A stretch of DNA of 64,000 nt from Raillietiella orientalis (taxonomy: Eukaryota): contig JAYWIR010000009.1 in the NCBI GenBank assembly GCA_036172245.1, positions 4,836,001 to 4,900,000 on the forward strand. Reading direction: 5' to 3'. The position numbers and the translations under genes were made by a program. The notes beneath the pieces are model-generated. The model was not told where the DNA came from. It made no database searches and saw nothing but the letters and a program-made list of their open reading frames with translations. Below, piece after piece: positions 63,001-64,000 of the stretch (positions are counted from its first letter, which is position 1; each line of letters opens with the position of its first letter).

Positions 63001-64000
63001 GCGCTTCCGCGCGTCTCAGCTCCGCGGAACCGTTGCGGAAACCGGTCAGATATGCGGGAAGGGGCGGAACCCCCGCCCCAAGTCCACGGCGACGTGAACA
63101 TCCGGACCGCTTCCTCCTCTCCTGCGCCTCTCGCCTTCTCGTCTTTGTCTGGCGGTGCTTCTCAGCTGCGAGCCGAACCCCTCTCGGCTTCTTCCTGAAA
63201 GGCACGTTCTGCAGGGCGCGGGACCGCCGCGCAGATCGCATGGGTTCGCGGCGTCCACTTTTTTTCTGCCCGCCCACGGGAATTCTGGCAGAATCTTGAA
63301 GGTGGGCTGCTTTGCCCCAAGTCTTTACCACGCCGTGGAGTATCATGCAAAGTGTTTGTTTATGCACCCGGACACTTGCGATGTTCCAAAATGAAAGCTC
63401 CCCTCAATTTCTCTTCCCGACATTTTCCTCCCAAGCTTTATTAAATAAAGTTTCAAATGAGTAAACTCCATTGATTCAAGTAGCAATCAGCCAAATAAAT
63501 GTGTGAACGAATGCGATTCAAGACGTGTTGCCAGCTGTAATCTTTAAATTTACTTAAATTGTAGGCTTACATGGTTACCAAACACTGCAGAATAGAATTC
63601 CAGTTGCGTTCCGTCCTATCAGCTCACTTTTTAATCGCTTATTTAATTCACTAATATTTTAGTGATTTTTTTTTTTTTTTTGGGGGGGGGGGGGGGTCAA
63701 TTCTTCAAATGAGGTCAGTGGAGATTGCCCACGTTTGCAGTTCTACACATGGTCACAAAATAAATATAAAACAAAAGATGAAGGCATAAATAAAATTGAG
63801 GTAAATTATTGGCTTATTTTTCAGCTTTGCGATTATTTAACAATAAATTATTCTGATATTTGCTCTGCGTTATCATTATATTCTAGTATAATGTTTTGAT
63901 ACTTTTTTTTGTTTTTAAAAAAAAAGACGCATTTTATAGTCGGTTGAATATTTAACAAAAACATGACAGCAAGAAAACTTTTCATCCTTAGCATCCTTAG

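Overview
Eukaryotic genomic DNA, most likely an arthropod: it has GT-AG introns, a nanchung orthologue and the invertebrate-type U2 sequence GATCAAAGTG. About 1-40 kb is a GC-rich graveyard of nested non-LTR retrotransposons. These include many L1/Tx1-like RT/zf-RVT fragments sharing a structured 3' tail, one decayed NeSL/Utopia-type RLE element (~18.3-23.2 kb) and an intronless GKAP/DLGAP retrocopy fragment with a fold-back 5' end. About 40.7-46.3 kb is an AT-rich island holding a complete 10-exon TOM1-family gene (43370-45797). It is followed closely by a complete 15-exon TRPV channel gene nanchung (46460-61351). The most unusual signal is six dispersed U2 snRNA 5'-end fragments, all ending at U2 nt ~32-37. 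One is fused seamlessly to an internally deleted 5S rRNA with a Pol III terminator, and one sits directly before the RT of the Utopia/NeSL-like element. All calls were made by eye from the sequence; no database searches were run.
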